From a virus: a DNA stretch of 64,000 nucleotides. Where the stretch lies: the IMG/VR virus record IMGVR_UViG_3300033183_000354, positions 88,720-152,719 of that record. One strand, given 5' to 3'. Positions 1-8,715 of the stretch are shown here, one piece after another. A model generated the notes under the pieces. It did no database searches and was not told where the DNA came from. It saw only the letters and a list, made by a program, of their open reading frames with translations. Numbering within the stretch: position 1 is the stretch's first letter; each line of letters starts with the position of its first letter. The translations under genes and the position numbers were made by a program.

Positions 1-150
1 AAAGATAAAACTTATTTCGCGAAGATATGGAAGGGTGAAGAATATCTTAATTTTGTCTATGATGTTAATCACCCATGGGAAGAAGAAGCTTATCGTTTAC
101 AGGAGGTAATTTTAGAAGCATGGAAACGTACTCGTTCGGGATCCCCTTGA
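1..150 (+). CDS. 3' end of a hypothetical protein, possibly zinc-metallopeptidase-like (partial)
   Basis: Frame 1 is open from base 1 to TGA at 148-150 (KDKTYFAKIWKGEEYLNFVYDVNHPWEEEAYRLQ...). PWExEAY motifs are common in phage HExxH proteins; the HExxH itself is outside the window. Confidence 0.5.
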   Translation, partial: KDKTYFAKIWKGEEYLNFVYDVNHPWEEEAYRLQEVILEAWKRTRSGSP

Positions 151-392
151 AACCGGTGGATCAAACTGACAAAGAAGCTGAATACTACCGTGACATGGTA
201 GTAAAACAAGGCGATCATATTGAACTGCTCAAGCAAAATGTTCATGAATTACAAGGTCAACTACAGCAAGCATATCGTCGAATCGCTGAATTGAGAGAAG
301 CACTCGATGTAGAAATTGGAGAAAAACAAAATGAAGAAAATCTTATTGTCGACTACACCCTTATTCCTACTCGCAACGACAGCATTCGCTGA
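120..392 (+). CDS. hypothetical coiled-coil protein
   Basis: ORF track 75..392; ATG at 120 follows CAGGAGG; heptad-like LLKQNVHELQGQLQQAYRRIAELRE. Confidence 0.6.
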   Translation: METYSFGIPLKPVDQTDKEAEYYRDMVVKQGDHIELLKQNVHELQGQLQQAYRRIAELREALDVEIGEKQNEENLIVDYTLIPTRNDSIR

Positions 393-717
393 GACTACTC
401 AAGATCATTATAAAACTGTTATTGTTCAAAAGCCATATACAGTTGAAATCTGTACTCAAGGCAACAACAAGTCAGAAGTTCAAAACTTTCTAGAAGGAGC
501 TATTGTAGGTGGTGCTATTGGCAATAACATTCCTGGTGAAAAGAATGGTGGAGCGCTCGGAGCATTCTTAGGTGGTGTACTCAATACTGAGAGAAACAAA
601 GGACCTCAGTGTCGTACCGAAACACGATATGAGGAAGAGACAAAGACAATCTATTCTCATTCAACTGTTACCTTTACGCATGAAGGTCGTCAATACTCAC
701 TGAGGTTTCAGAAATAA
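331..717 (+). CDS. exported/membrane glycine-zipper protein
   Basis: Signal peptide MKKILLSTTPLFLLATTAFA; GAIVGGAIG...GGALGAFLGG glycine zipper. Confidence 0.7.
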   Translation: MKKILLSTTPLFLLATTAFAETTQDHYKTVIVQKPYTVEICTQGNNKSEVQNFLEGAIVGGAIGNNIPGEKNGGALGAFLGGVLNTERNKGPQCRTETRYEEETKTIYSHSTVTFTHEGRQYSLRFQK

Positions 718-965
718 TGTACACCGTCTACTCAAAAGCAGGATGCATCTTTTGCGATGCAGCAATGGATCTAATGGATCGCCATCACATTCAATACAAA
801 GAAATCAAAGTTCATCTAGACGAAGGTGCTCGAGCTCTATTCAAGCAGAGAAAATGGACAACTGTTCCTCAGATTATTGATGATAACGGCATCCATATTG
901 GTGGCTATGAGGACTTTAAAAAAAGTCTGATTGTTGAAAACCCAGCCGAGGTAAATTCATTTTAA
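717..965 (+). CDS. nrdC: glutaredoxin
   Basis: CxxC (CIFC), TVPQI and IGGY motifs; 82 aa. Confidence 0.9.
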   Translation: MYTVYSKAGCIFCDAAMDLMDRHHIQYKEIKVHLDEGARALFKQRKWTTVPQIIDDNGIHIGGYEDFKKSLIVENPAEVNSF

Positions 966-987
966 TTGAAAAAAGTGCATTTTTTAG

Positions 988-1016
988 TGTACATTTACTG
1001 AGAGTTGTAGTATAAT
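988..1016 (+). promoter_or_regulatory. sigma70-type early promoter
   Basis: TGTACA-N17-TATAAT with upstream A/T tracts; same architecture at 5392, 6199 and 9138. Confidence 0.75.
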
Positions 1017-1046
1017 ATATACATGATTGAAAAAGAGGAGCTAATC

Positions 1047-1346
1047 ATGTCTTACATTATGGAAAAAAATCTCGTCGATTACATCAACGCTCAGCGCGCT
1101 GAGGCCGAAGAGTTCTCAAAGCAGCCTGGCTGTTGGATGGGTAAGATGGTCGATCCCGCTGATATCGAATACTGGAGCCAGCGTGTTCCTTCCGGTACTC
1201 TCAAAGAGTTCCAGCGTATCCAACTCATCGAGGATGCGTACTATATCACCGCTGATCATGTCAGCAAGTCGTATGCTCGGTCTCTCGAGTTTCATAAGTG
1301 GACCGATGAGAAGATTGAGGCTCATATAGAAAGGATGTGTGCATGA
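1047..1346 (+). CDS. hypothetical early protein
   Basis: ORF; GAGGAG RBS before ATG 1047; downstream of the early promoter. Confidence 0.75.
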   Translation: MSYIMEKNLVDYINAQRAEAEEFSKQPGCWMGKMVDPADIEYWSQRVPSGTLKEFQRIQLIEDAYYITADHVSKSYARSLEFHKWTDEKIEAHIERMCA

Positions 1347-1561
1347 TGGAGTACGCAGGTTCAGGATCTCCCTTTGTTCGAGGCGGTATGGATAGCTATT
1401 ATCGCAGACCTCGCTGTCCTCACTATCACATGAATGGTATTAATGAATACGGCAATCCGTGTATTAATAGAGTCTATGATCTGACCGAAGAACAGATCAA
1501 AGAATATCATGCTGGTTATGATGAGAACGAAGAGCGCGGTGACTATAAGGATTGGGGTTAA
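1343..1561 (+). CDS. hypothetical protein
   Basis: ORF coupled to the upstream gene by an ATGA overlap. Confidence 0.7.
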   Translation: MMEYAGSGSPFVRGGMDSYYRRPRCPHYHMNGINEYGNPCINRVYDLTEEQIKEYHAGYDENEERGDYKDWG

Positions 1562-1563
1562 TC

Positions 1564-1665
1564 ATGAAAATCATTATAGGTATTCTCATGATATTACTAT
1601 TAGGTTATAATGATTGGGAATTATTAGATATATTACAACGACATGTAGTAGAGTTTTTAAAATGA
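1564..1665 (+). CDS. small membrane peptide, 33 aa (not in the ORF track)
   Basis: MKIIIGILMILLLGYNDWELLDILQRHVVEFLK*; fills the gap exactly; ATGA overlap with the next ORF. Confidence 0.55.
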   Translation: MKIIIGILMILLLGYNDWELLDILQRHVVEFLK

Positions 1666-1829
1666 CATCACAAGAATTCGAATTATTTGAACGTCGCATT
1701 GATAACTGTTTTCGTGCAGCAGATCTTGCTAATGATCCAGATTTTAAGAAACTTTGGTATCAAACTGCAATGGCTCTGCTACGTAAAATGAATTATAGAA
1801 TGAATGGCTCCGTAGCTCAGCTGGATTAG
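1662..1829 (+). CDS. hypothetical protein
   Basis: MTSQEFELFERRIDNC...; its 3' end overlaps tRNA-Arg. Confidence 0.55.
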   Translation: MTSQEFELFERRIDNCFRAADLANDPDFKKLWYQTAMALLRKMNYRMNGSVAQLD

Positions 1830-1883
1830 AGCAATTGCCTTCTAAGCAATGGGTCGGGGGTTCGAGTCCTCCCGGAGTCGCCA
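1806..1883 (+). tRNA. tRNA-Arg(UCU)
   Basis: Cloverleaf; anticodon arm ATTGC-CTTCTAA-GCAAT; GTTCGAG T-loop; encoded CCA. Confidence 0.95.
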
Positions 1884-1888
1884 ATATT

Positions 1889-1978
1889 GGAGGGCTGGCA
1901 GAGTCTGGCTTAATGCACCTGGTTTGAAACCAGGAGATGGGCAACCATCCGGGGGTTCGAATCCCTCGCCCTCCGCCA
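1889..1978 (+). tRNA. tRNA-Ser(UGA)
   Basis: Acceptor GGAGGGC/GCCCTCC; CCTGG-TTTGAAA-CCAGG; long variable arm; CCA. Confidence 0.95.
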
Positions 1979-1981
1979 TAT

Positions 1982-2066
1982 GCGGGCGTGGTGGAATAGG
2001 TAGACACACAGGACTTAAAATCCTGAGGCTTAGGCCGTGAGAGTTCGAGTCTCTCCGTCCGTACCA
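1982..2066 (+). tRNA. tRNA-Leu(UAA)
   Basis: CAGGA-CTTAAAA-TCCTG anticodon arm; variable arm; GTTCGAG; CCA. Confidence 0.95.
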
Positions 2067-2084
2067 AATTATATGAGGTGTTAT

Positions 2085-2366
2085 ATGTTAGGTAAAGATT
2101 TTTGGGAAGATTTAGATATTGATGCTGCTGAATTTAATGTTCAGATTGAAGTATCTGCAAAAGCATTAATTGATGAATGGGGTTCTAAGTTGACTGAAGC
2201 TGATCTTCTAAAACTAAATGCATATGTACATGCTCAAGATAAATCGATCGAAGGATCTATTGCAGCATCTGCGCTTGAATACTACTTAACTAAAGATTAT
2301 AATCCACAGTTTATCCATTACTATGAGTCAAAGAAAAAAGCTCCGTGGTGGAAATTCTGGAAATAA
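2085..2366 (+). CDS. hypothetical protein
   Basis: GAGGTG RBS before ATG 2085; C-terminal KKAPWWKFWK tail. Confidence 0.7.
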   Translation: MLGKDFWEDLDIDAAEFNVQIEVSAKALIDEWGSKLTEADLLKLNAYVHAQDKSIEGSIAASALEYYLTKDYNPQFIHYYESKKKAPWWKFWK

Positions 2367-2374
2367 ATAGTAGT

Positions 2375-2533
2375 ATGAGAAAATTAAACGTTACACTTGG
2401 CGATATTGTCGTCATTCTTCCTTTTGCTTGGGTTATATCACAGTCATTACTGTATATGAATTTTTTTTGGGCAATAGGTGCTTTATTTTTATTTGACGTT
2501 TATGCTGCCAATAGGAGGAGATGGAATGTCTGA
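2375..2533 (+). CDS. small two-TM membrane protein
   Basis: Hydrophobic 52 aa ORF; AATAAATA lies 5 nt upstream of the ATG. Confidence 0.6.
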   Translation: MRKLNVTLGDIVVILPFAWVISQSLLYMNFFWAIGALFLFDVYAANRRRWNV

Positions 2534-2789
2534 TGATATTTTTGATTTTGGTTTTACTGCTGTAGATGAGACAGAACTAAAAGCAGTTCAAGATGTTGCT
2601 GCCAAAGCAGAATCTTTGGGTGCTAATGCACTAAACACTCAAGAAAAACTTGATAAACTATATAATGCCATCACACCTCTGCTTAACAACCTTAAGAAGA
2701 ATCCAGAAAAAGAATATATCCTTTGGCCTAATCGTATTGAAAAGGTTGAGGCATTCGAGGATTATTTGTATAAGATTTACTCAAAATGA
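2526..2789 (+). CDS. conserved T4-like phage hypothetical protein
   Basis: AGGAGGAG RBS; MSDDIFDFGFTAVDE...LKKNPEKEYILWPNR pattern recalled from marine T4-like phages. Confidence 0.75.
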   Translation: MSDDIFDFGFTAVDETELKAVQDVAAKAESLGANALNTQEKLDKLYNAITPLLNNLKKNPEKEYILWPNRIEKVEAFEDYLYKIYSK

Positions 2790-3757
2790 CTTTTTACGAC
2801 GACCAAATTATCCTAAATAAAAAGATAGAGAATTTTCTTTCCTCTGATTTAATTCAAGAAATAAAAGATAATTTCTTAGAATGTGAAGAATTAATTAAAG
2901 AAGAATATGATAGAGATGAAAAATATGATGGATTAAATGAATTTTATTTCACATATACTGGAGAATATTTTTTAAATGATCATGCTCTATTAAAAAATAG
3001 GTCTAACTTTGATCAAATGGTTTTAGTGCCAGAACACATGCATATTAAGGTTAGAGAAAAATTATCTAAAATGTTTTTCGCTGATATTTTTGATGAAATT
3101 AAAGAACATATAGAAAACACGATCGGCTTAGGATACGTTGAACGATTAGCATTCATGAATATGCCAAGTGATTTTCAAATTCACACAGATAGTTTAGATG
3201 TAAAAAATAGATTTATAAAACGACCAAATAATTGGGATGATTTAAAAAAAGAAGATTATCATCCAGACAACGTAACTAATTGGCCGATTTATCAAGGGTT
3301 AATTAATATTGACGCACCTTCTAATAACGGAACTATAATTTTTGATCAATGGTTTCCATATTCAGTTTATTGGTCTCCGCAAAATACTTCTAAAGAAACT
3401 GATGGAACCAGAAGCGCTAAGAAAGATATTATATTTTTTTATTCTGACGATCAACCACATAGATTTGAAGAAAGCATTAGAAATTTTACTGGCCAAGAAA
3501 TATCAGAAAAAGATTTCAATTTATTAATTGAAAAATCTCCAAGACCAGATAGAGTTAAAAAAGATGAATACTATGGATTATCGATTGATTCATTAATGAC
3601 TTTCGATACTCCAGGAACTCTTAATATGTGGGACAGTAAAAAGTTTCATAAAACGATACCGTTTAAGCACCATGGTAAAAATCAAAATAGATTAGTTTTA
3701 CAATTTATTGCAATGAAAAAACCATTATTTTATAAAACAGGGCATACTATATTTTAG
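2786..3757 (+). CDS. 2OG-Fe(II) oxygenase-like protein
   Basis: HxD (IHTD), distal His (KFHKT) and Arg in the final strand (NRLVLQF); paralogue of 3747..4703. Confidence 0.6.
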   Translation: MTFYDDQIILNKKIENFLSSDLIQEIKDNFLECEELIKEEYDRDEKYDGLNEFYFTYTGEYFLNDHALLKNRSNFDQMVLVPEHMHIKVREKLSKMFFADIFDEIKEHIENTIGLGYVERLAFMNMPSDFQIHTDSLDVKNRFIKRPNNWDDLKKEDYHPDNVTNWPIYQGLINIDAPSNNGTIIFDQWFPYSVYWSPQNTSKETDGTRSAKKDIIFFYSDDQPHRFEESIRNFTGQEISEKDFNLLIEKSPRPDRVKKDEYYGLSIDSLMTFDTPGTLNMWDSKKFHKTIPFKHHGKNQNRLVLQFIAMKKPLFYKTGHTIF

Positions 3758-4703
3758 ATCTACAAACAAATTGTAAAACTTTTCTACTTGTTTGATCTTC
3801 AAATTTATATGGCATCTGACAATGATATCGTCGACTATCCCATAGACTAGTAGTTCCAGGTTTATCAAAAAAGAAAAGTTTTTCTAAGCTGAGTCCATAA
3901 CCTTGATCTCTATTAAATTTCCCATTATCTACTAAATTATTGGTTATCATATTGAAATCATCATCAGAAAATGGTTTGTATGTAAAATTTTTTATAGTGT
4001 GACCAAATCGCGTTGGTGAATCATCTTTATAAAATGTAATAAAGGGATATCCACATATAGTATTTTTATATCCCGAATATTCTTTATCAAATGCAAGATA
4101 CGTTGTAAAAGGAAACATCTGATCAAATAGGATTGTTCCATGAGTCGTAGGAGCATTAATATTAATTAATCCTTGGTATATGTTCATTCTATTGATATAA
4201 TCGTCTTGCATATAATCTTTTTGAATTAGACTATCCCAATCATCTGGTCTATCCATATATTTGTCTTTTACTGCTAATCTATCAGTATGAATTTCAAATG
4301 AGGATTTCATATTCATGAATTCAAACCAAGCTATTTTAATATTAGAATCATTTAATCGAGTAAGTATTTTTTCTTTGTATTCAAAAATTTTATCATTTAA
4401 ATCTTTTAATTCAATTGCTGCATATTCCTTAAAATCTTCTATTAACTCTAAACGTTCTAACTTTGAATAAAATAAGACTTCATTAATAGTAAAATCCATT
4501 ATAATTCCAGTCTCTTTTTCATCATCAAAATGGTGGAATATTGAATGTAATCTTAATTGAGAAATGGGTCGAGTACTTCCCCAATAATCTTGGGCGATTC
4601 TTTCGGCATACTGGTCAAAGATAGATTCGAGTTCTGCTGCTTCTTCGACAGAGAAAAAATCTTTATCTTGAATAGTAGGATAAATATAATCGTTATCTAA
4701 CAT
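3747..4703 (-). CDS. 2OG-Fe(II) oxygenase-like protein
   Basis: IHTD...RYHCQ...SRKVLQF; shares YQGLINI.AP...GTI.FDQ.FP with the convergent paralogue. Confidence 0.6.
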   Translation of the reverse strand: MLDNDYIYPTIQDKDFFSVEEAAELESIFDQYAERIAQDYWGSTRPISQLRLHSIFHHFDDEKETGIIMDFTINEVLFYSKLERLELIEDFKEYAAIELKDLNDKIFEYKEKILTRLNDSNIKIAWFEFMNMKSSFEIHTDRLAVKDKYMDRPDDWDSLIQKDYMQDDYINRMNIYQGLININAPTTHGTILFDQMFPFTTYLAFDKEYSGYKNTICGYPFITFYKDDSPTRFGHTIKNFTYKPFSDDDFNMITNNLVDNGKFNRDQGYGLSLEKLFFFDKPGTTSLWDSRRYHCQMPYKFEDQTSRKVLQFVCRSKI

Positions 4704-4708
4704 AGGAA

Positions 4709-4716
4709 TATTTATA
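4709..4716 (-). promoter_or_regulatory. T4-type late promoter TATAAATA
   Basis: Exact TATAAATA on the minus strand, 5 nt before ATG 4703. Confidence 0.65.
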
Positions 4717-5357
4717 TGGCATTTTTAGTACATCCACTTCCACCTATTCCAGTCTATGTAAAAAAAGAATATCTGTATGATCTAGAAAGGGGTCACGGTG
4801 AATATACACCTGGCATCTGGATCGCAGTTAAATCAATACAATATAAAGCACTTTATTTCGAAACCCTATTAACAGATTATGGAGCACTATATGATAAACT
4901 CCCTTTGGTAGCGTTTGTTCATAGCCTTGATCATAGCGACCTTCCTCTCGATGTTCTTCAGCTTTGGGATTGTTTTGATTATGACATTACTGTAGTTCAA
5001 AAACCACTATTAAGCAGATGTGAATTCTTTGGAAAGGATCGCAAGATGCATTCGGGTGAGTATATGTTTACTATTGATAACGCTCATCGAGATCATGCAT
5101 ATCTTGATACTAACTTTAGTGAACACGATCCTGAACATAAGTCATTCAATATCATTAAGTTAGATAGTGGTCAGTTTGCTGCTCAACCAAACAATAGAGT
5201 CATCTTTAGAGACTCAAGCCTTACACCTGAGAAGTTACTGATGCCAGATTTTAAAGTCTGTACTCAGAACTATGCAGTAGAGACTGAACCAAAATGGTCA
5301 GTTGGCCACACAGACGAATGGCAATACAAGACTGAAGATGAAAAAAATCACATCTAA
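4716..5357 (+). CDS. conserved hypothetical protein of marine T4-like phages
   Basis: MAFLVHPLPP...GALYDKLP...LQLWDCF...HKSFNII.LD.GQFAAQPNNR pattern. Confidence 0.8.
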   Translation: MAFLVHPLPPIPVYVKKEYLYDLERGHGEYTPGIWIAVKSIQYKALYFETLLTDYGALYDKLPLVAFVHSLDHSDLPLDVLQLWDCFDYDITVVQKPLLSRCEFFGKDRKMHSGEYMFTIDNAHRDHAYLDTNFSEHDPEHKSFNIIKLDSGQFAAQPNNRVIFRDSSLTPEKLLMPDFKVCTQNYAVETEPKWSVGHTDEWQYKTEDEKNHI

Positions 5358-5391
5358 TTGTTTTTATTAGATAAAATAATGCGTTTTTTTG

Positions 5392-5420
5392 TGTACATTG
5401 CCTAAAGATTGTAGTAGTAT
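5392..5420 (+). promoter_or_regulatory. early promoter
   Basis: TGTACA-N17-TAGTAT; shares TTGTAGTA and the upstream T-tract with the promoter at 988. Confidence 0.7.
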
Positions 5421-5447
5421 AGTCCTATAATCAAAGAGGAGTTTATT

Positions 5448-5684
5448 ATGATTATTAAACCTGAAGATCGTCTGGCTTATATCAAAAAAGCTGCAGCCAA
5501 GTTTAACAAAAAAGTTAAGCGGAATGCTCGTGTTCGCGACTATACCACTCCTGTCGAAGATCGTAGCACTGACGACTCTGTTAACATCAACGCTTGGACT
5601 GATGCCGAAAAGTATGTCGACGAATATTATGGCGATCGCGTACGTGGTCAAACTGCATACGAATCATATGAAGGATGGAACTAA
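5448..5684 (+). CDS. hypothetical protein
   Basis: GAGGAG RBS; 78 aa. Confidence 0.75.
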   Translation: MIIKPEDRLAYIKKAAAKFNKKVKRNARVRDYTTPVEDRSTDDSVNINAWTDAEKYVDEYYGDRVRGQTAYESYEGWN

Positions 5685-5836
5685 TGTTTGAAGTATTTCT
5701 CACAAATTTTGGCTTTACTCACAGCTCTCATAAAACTTTAGAAGATGCGATTAAGGCTGCCAAGAATACTGGTTTTCAGTGTCACATCTTTAAGAGTACA
5801 GATCCTTTCACTATCTTAAAGACGGTATGGAACTAA
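5684..5836 (+). CDS. hypothetical 50-aa protein (not in the ORF track)
   Basis: MFEVFLTNFGFTHSSHKTLEDAIKAAKNTGFQCHIFKSTDPFTILKTVWN*; TAATG coupling at both ends. Confidence 0.7.
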   Translation: MFEVFLTNFGFTHSSHKTLEDAIKAAKNTGFQCHIFKSTDPFTILKTVWN

Positions 5837-6195
5837 TGACTATGCATCTTGTTCATGGTATGTCTACCACATCAACTCGAAAGCGTAAGACCAAGCGTAC
5901 TCCTGGCTGGCAGAAAGCCGAAGCTAAACACAATGCTTGGCTGCGTAAGATGGGTGTGCATCCTGATCAGCTCAAAACAAAGGAGAAATCAAGTGGCGCG
6001 AGTATTCCGAATTATGCAGAGACACGCTTCAGCATCCCGACGTCGGACGTCGTTACACCCATCGCAGGAAAGCGAAAGGCACAAGAGTATTCAGGAGACT
6101 ACATCGTCGGGCTCGCAACAATGCACAAATCAAACACAGTTCCAGTGGGTAGATCCGATTCCCCAGAAATATATGCACAAATGAGGCGAAATTAA
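5836..6195 (+). CDS. conserved basic hypothetical protein
   Basis: GLATMHKSNTVPV motif recalled from marine phages; TAATG coupling. Confidence 0.75.
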   Translation: MTMHLVHGMSTTSTRKRKTKRTPGWQKAEAKHNAWLRKMGVHPDQLKTKEKSSGASIPNYAETRFSIPTSDVVTPIAGKRKAQEYSGDYIVGLATMHKSNTVPVGRSDSPEIYAQMRRN

Positions 6196-6198
6196 TGG

Positions 6199-6227
6199 TT
6201 TACTTTTGTGGAAAACTGTAGTAGAAT
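6199..6227 (+). promoter_or_regulatory. early promoter (T4-like GTTTAC -35)
   Basis: (G)TTTACT-N17-TAGAAT. Confidence 0.7.
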
Positions 6228-6239
6228 ATATCTACAATA

Positions 6240-6455
6240 AAAAATTGTCGAACGAGTATAAACGTGGTTAAGCCTGTAAACGACATTAAAATTAAGACGC
6301 AGGTGGGAATGAAGAGCCCTCATAAGAAAGACTCAACTGGGAATGGTCCGTTCGTCCAGTCTAAAAATTAAGGAACGCGCGAGTTACGAGGCCCCCGGGC
6401 TCGAAAATAGAATGAAAAAGACCGTCCTAGGAATCGGTTTGGGGTCCCATATTAT
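6240..6455 (+). ncRNA. candidate structured RNA or long 5' leader with several pseudoknots
   Basis: No convincing ORF; TGTCG/CGACA, ACTGG/CCAGT plus CGTTC/GAACG, GAGCCC/GGGCTC, GGCCCC/GGGGTC, TGGGA/TCCCA. Confidence 0.5.
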
Positions 6456-6473
6456 TATTGAGGAGCAAACATA

Positions 6474-7598
6474 ATGGCATTACAAAAACGTAAGAAGAAA
6501 ACAGTTCGCGCTCGTGCGCGTACAGGGATAGCTGCAGCACCTATCGATAAGGGCTTTGAGGCTGTTAAAGATTATTTCCATATGGAGATCGATCGTAAAG
6601 ACATCTCAGCTCAAATCAAGACTTATATCAAGAAAACATTGAATAAGTCAGATCAGCGCGCCGCGCTTGCCTGTCCTGAATATAAGTTTGTTCTCGGATA
6701 TTTAGGTGCCACAGCATTTTGGAATAATCAAGGGTTGACTCAATGTGATAAATCAAAGTCATATACAGCACACTTAGATGCTAAGATTGCTGATCTAGTA
6801 GTACTTGGTAAGACCATCTTAGCAGAGAAAAAGGCTGAAGCAAAGACAGAAAGTAACGTAATAACACTTTCTCCAGCACAACGCCTTCAGAATAAGATTA
6901 GTAATACTATTATGCAAGATCTACTTAATCTCGAAGATCAGTGGATCGAAGGTAAGAAGACTACAATTGATGTTTATCTTCTCTTTAAGAAATACAGTTT
7001 GGCTGGATCGGCTACATTGCCAGTCCGCCAGGTGATTGAGGGATGGTTGCTAGATTATGAAGATGCATACCATAAGCGTTGTGACCAAGCCGTCGAGGGC
7101 TATTCACATGTGAAAAGACCTGAACTCAATCGCCGCATTAAAGCGTGTCAAGACATGCTCCTCGATCTTGACCGCATTAAGTCCGCAGCGAAGGCTACTC
7201 GTAAAACTCGAGTCAAACAGCCTAAAGCTGCGGACAAACAAATCTCGAAGGTTAAATACAAGACCGAAGATACTACATATAAACTAGTATCAATCCCACC
7301 AATTCAAATGGTCGGTAAGATTCGATTGTATACCTTCAATACGAAGACTCGTACTCTTACAGAGTATGTAACACAAAGTACAAATGGGTTTGAAATCTCA
7401 GGTAGTACTATCAAGAACATTGATACTGTTAATAGTCGTCAAGTTCGTCTTCGTAAACCAGATGAGTTTCTTCCGCTTGTGCTAACAAAAACTGTAAGAC
7501 AGGTTGACGCCGAGTGGAAGAAGCTCACTACTAAAACAAGTGTGCCAAACGGTCGTATTAATGCAGATACTATTCTATTGAGGGTATTAGACAAATGA
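6474..7598 (+). CDS. conserved T4-like hypothetical protein
   Basis: 374 aa basic protein; C-terminal LRKP...NGRIN.DTILLRV pattern; GAGGAG RBS. Confidence 0.8.
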   Translation: MALQKRKKKTVRARARTGIAAAPIDKGFEAVKDYFHMEIDRKDISAQIKTYIKKTLNKSDQRAALACPEYKFVLGYLGATAFWNNQGLTQCDKSKSYTAHLDAKIADLVVLGKTILAEKKAEAKTESNVITLSPAQRLQNKISNTIMQDLLNLEDQWIEGKKTTIDVYLLFKKYSLAGSATLPVRQVIEGWLLDYEDAYHKRCDQAVEGYSHVKRPELNRRIKACQDMLLDLDRIKSAAKATRKTRVKQPKAADKQISKVKYKTEDTTYKLVSIPPIQMVGKIRLYTFNTKTRTLTEYVTQSTNGFEISGSTIKNIDTVNSRQVRLRKPDEFLPLVLTKTVRQVDAEWKKLTTKTSVPNGRINADTILLRVLDK

Positions 7599-7861
7599 TT
7601 AAAGTAGATTATGAAGAAGAAGTGATGATGCTTCGCAAGAAGGTTAGAGCCTATGAGGATACAAACTCTCAGGCATCAGATGAACTCGTTGTAAAATCCT
7701 TGAAGAAATACTATGATATTTGTAGTATACCTGACAAGGTTGATTTGTCAGACGACATCATCGAACCAGATGAAGAACTGCTTAAGGCAATTAATCGAGT
7801 TCTTGCTGATTATATGCCCCAGGATGACTATGATAGGTGGAAAAATGAAAACAATCTCTGA
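7595..7861 (+). CDS. hypothetical protein
   Basis: ATGA-coupled ORF. Confidence 0.7.
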   Translation: MIKVDYEEEVMMLRKKVRAYEDTNSQASDELVVKSLKKYYDICSIPDKVDLSDDIIEPDEELLKAINRVLADYMPQDDYDRWKNENNL

Positions 7862-8066
7862 CGAAGAATATGAGTTATTTCAAAAACTAAAAACTATTGT
7901 AAAGCACTCTAATCCAGAACGCTCTGGTGTATTTTTCATCTGCGGTGCTGGAGGTGAACGAGACAACATGGGTTTACCAGAAAGAATCAATGTTTGTCCT
8001 GCGTATGGGTTAGATGGAATGGCACAGTATACAAAGTCGAAAGACTATTCAGCACCAGGGTGGTAA
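7845..8066 (+). CDS. hypothetical protein
   Basis: AGGTGG RBS before ATG 7845, within track ORF 7713..8066. Confidence 0.65.
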   Translation: MKTISDEEYELFQKLKTIVKHSNPERSGVFFICGAGGERDNMGLPERINVCPAYGLDGMAQYTKSKDYSAPGW

Positions 8067-8068
8067 AA

Positions 8069-8398
8069 ATGACTGAATATAAACCAGACAACTGGGTGAT
8101 TATCAAAATGAAAGGTGATGATCCACACTATCGAGTACTTGCCGGCTGGTCGGGTGGTTATTTGGATGGTGATAGTTGGCGTATAAACAGCGGTATTACT
8201 CGTCACGAATTTGATGGAGATTACTGGTATTTCTATGGATCTTCTGGAAGTTGTTATAAATGCCATGTTGATAGTTATCATTTGAGAATGAACAATGCAC
8301 ACGTCTGGGGACAATTACAAGAACTGCATGGCGTTAAAGTAGAGATGCTTGAAAATCTAGCATGGACTAAAAAAGATTGGGATTGGATAATTAAATGA
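8069..8398 (+). CDS. conserved phage hypothetical protein
   Basis: PDNWV...GWSGGYLDGDSWRINSGI...FYGSSGSCYKC pattern. Confidence 0.75.
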   Translation: MTEYKPDNWVIIKMKGDDPHYRVLAGWSGGYLDGDSWRINSGITRHEFDGDYWYFYGSSGSCYKCHVDSYHLRMNNAHVWGQLQELHGVKVEMLENLAWTKKDWDWIIK

Positions 8399-8715
8399 GT
8401 AATGATTATGTAGTTGTAACAACAATCAGTCAGTTTAGACACCGATATGTGATGCATAAGGATGATCTACAAAAACTGAATCCTGATATTCCTGTCAATC
8501 CCATTGAATGGGCTTGTGATACAGTCACTTCAGAAGAAGCAGAAGAGTTTTCTCAGTATTGGTTAGGTGAGACTATTATCGATACTACCACAATGACAAA
8601 AGATGAAATGTTGGAACTGTTTGATCAAGATAACGACTATCTGAAAGATTGGACACATGAGTATAAAATTGAGTGGGTTAGGAAGAATCTAAAAGGAAAA
8701 GATGACCATGACTAA
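8395..8715 (+). CDS. hypothetical protein
   Basis: Coupled ORF, 106 aa. Confidence 0.7.
   Translation: MSNDYVVVTTISQFRHRYVMHKDDLQKLNPDIPVNPIEWACDTVTSEEAEEFSQYWLGETIIDTTTMTKDEMLELFDQDNDYLKDWTHEYKIEWVRKNLKGKDDHD

Noticed and set aside
1889-2066. Suppressor tRNAs / stop-codon reassignment (TGA and TAA in the anticodon loops)
   Set aside because: These anticodons read UCA (Ser) and UUA (Leu); core genes are intact under the standard code
1744-2084. ORFs 1744..2067(-), 1849..2040(+) and the 5' extension of 2037..2366
   Set aside because: They overlap three clear tRNA genes and are shadow ORFs
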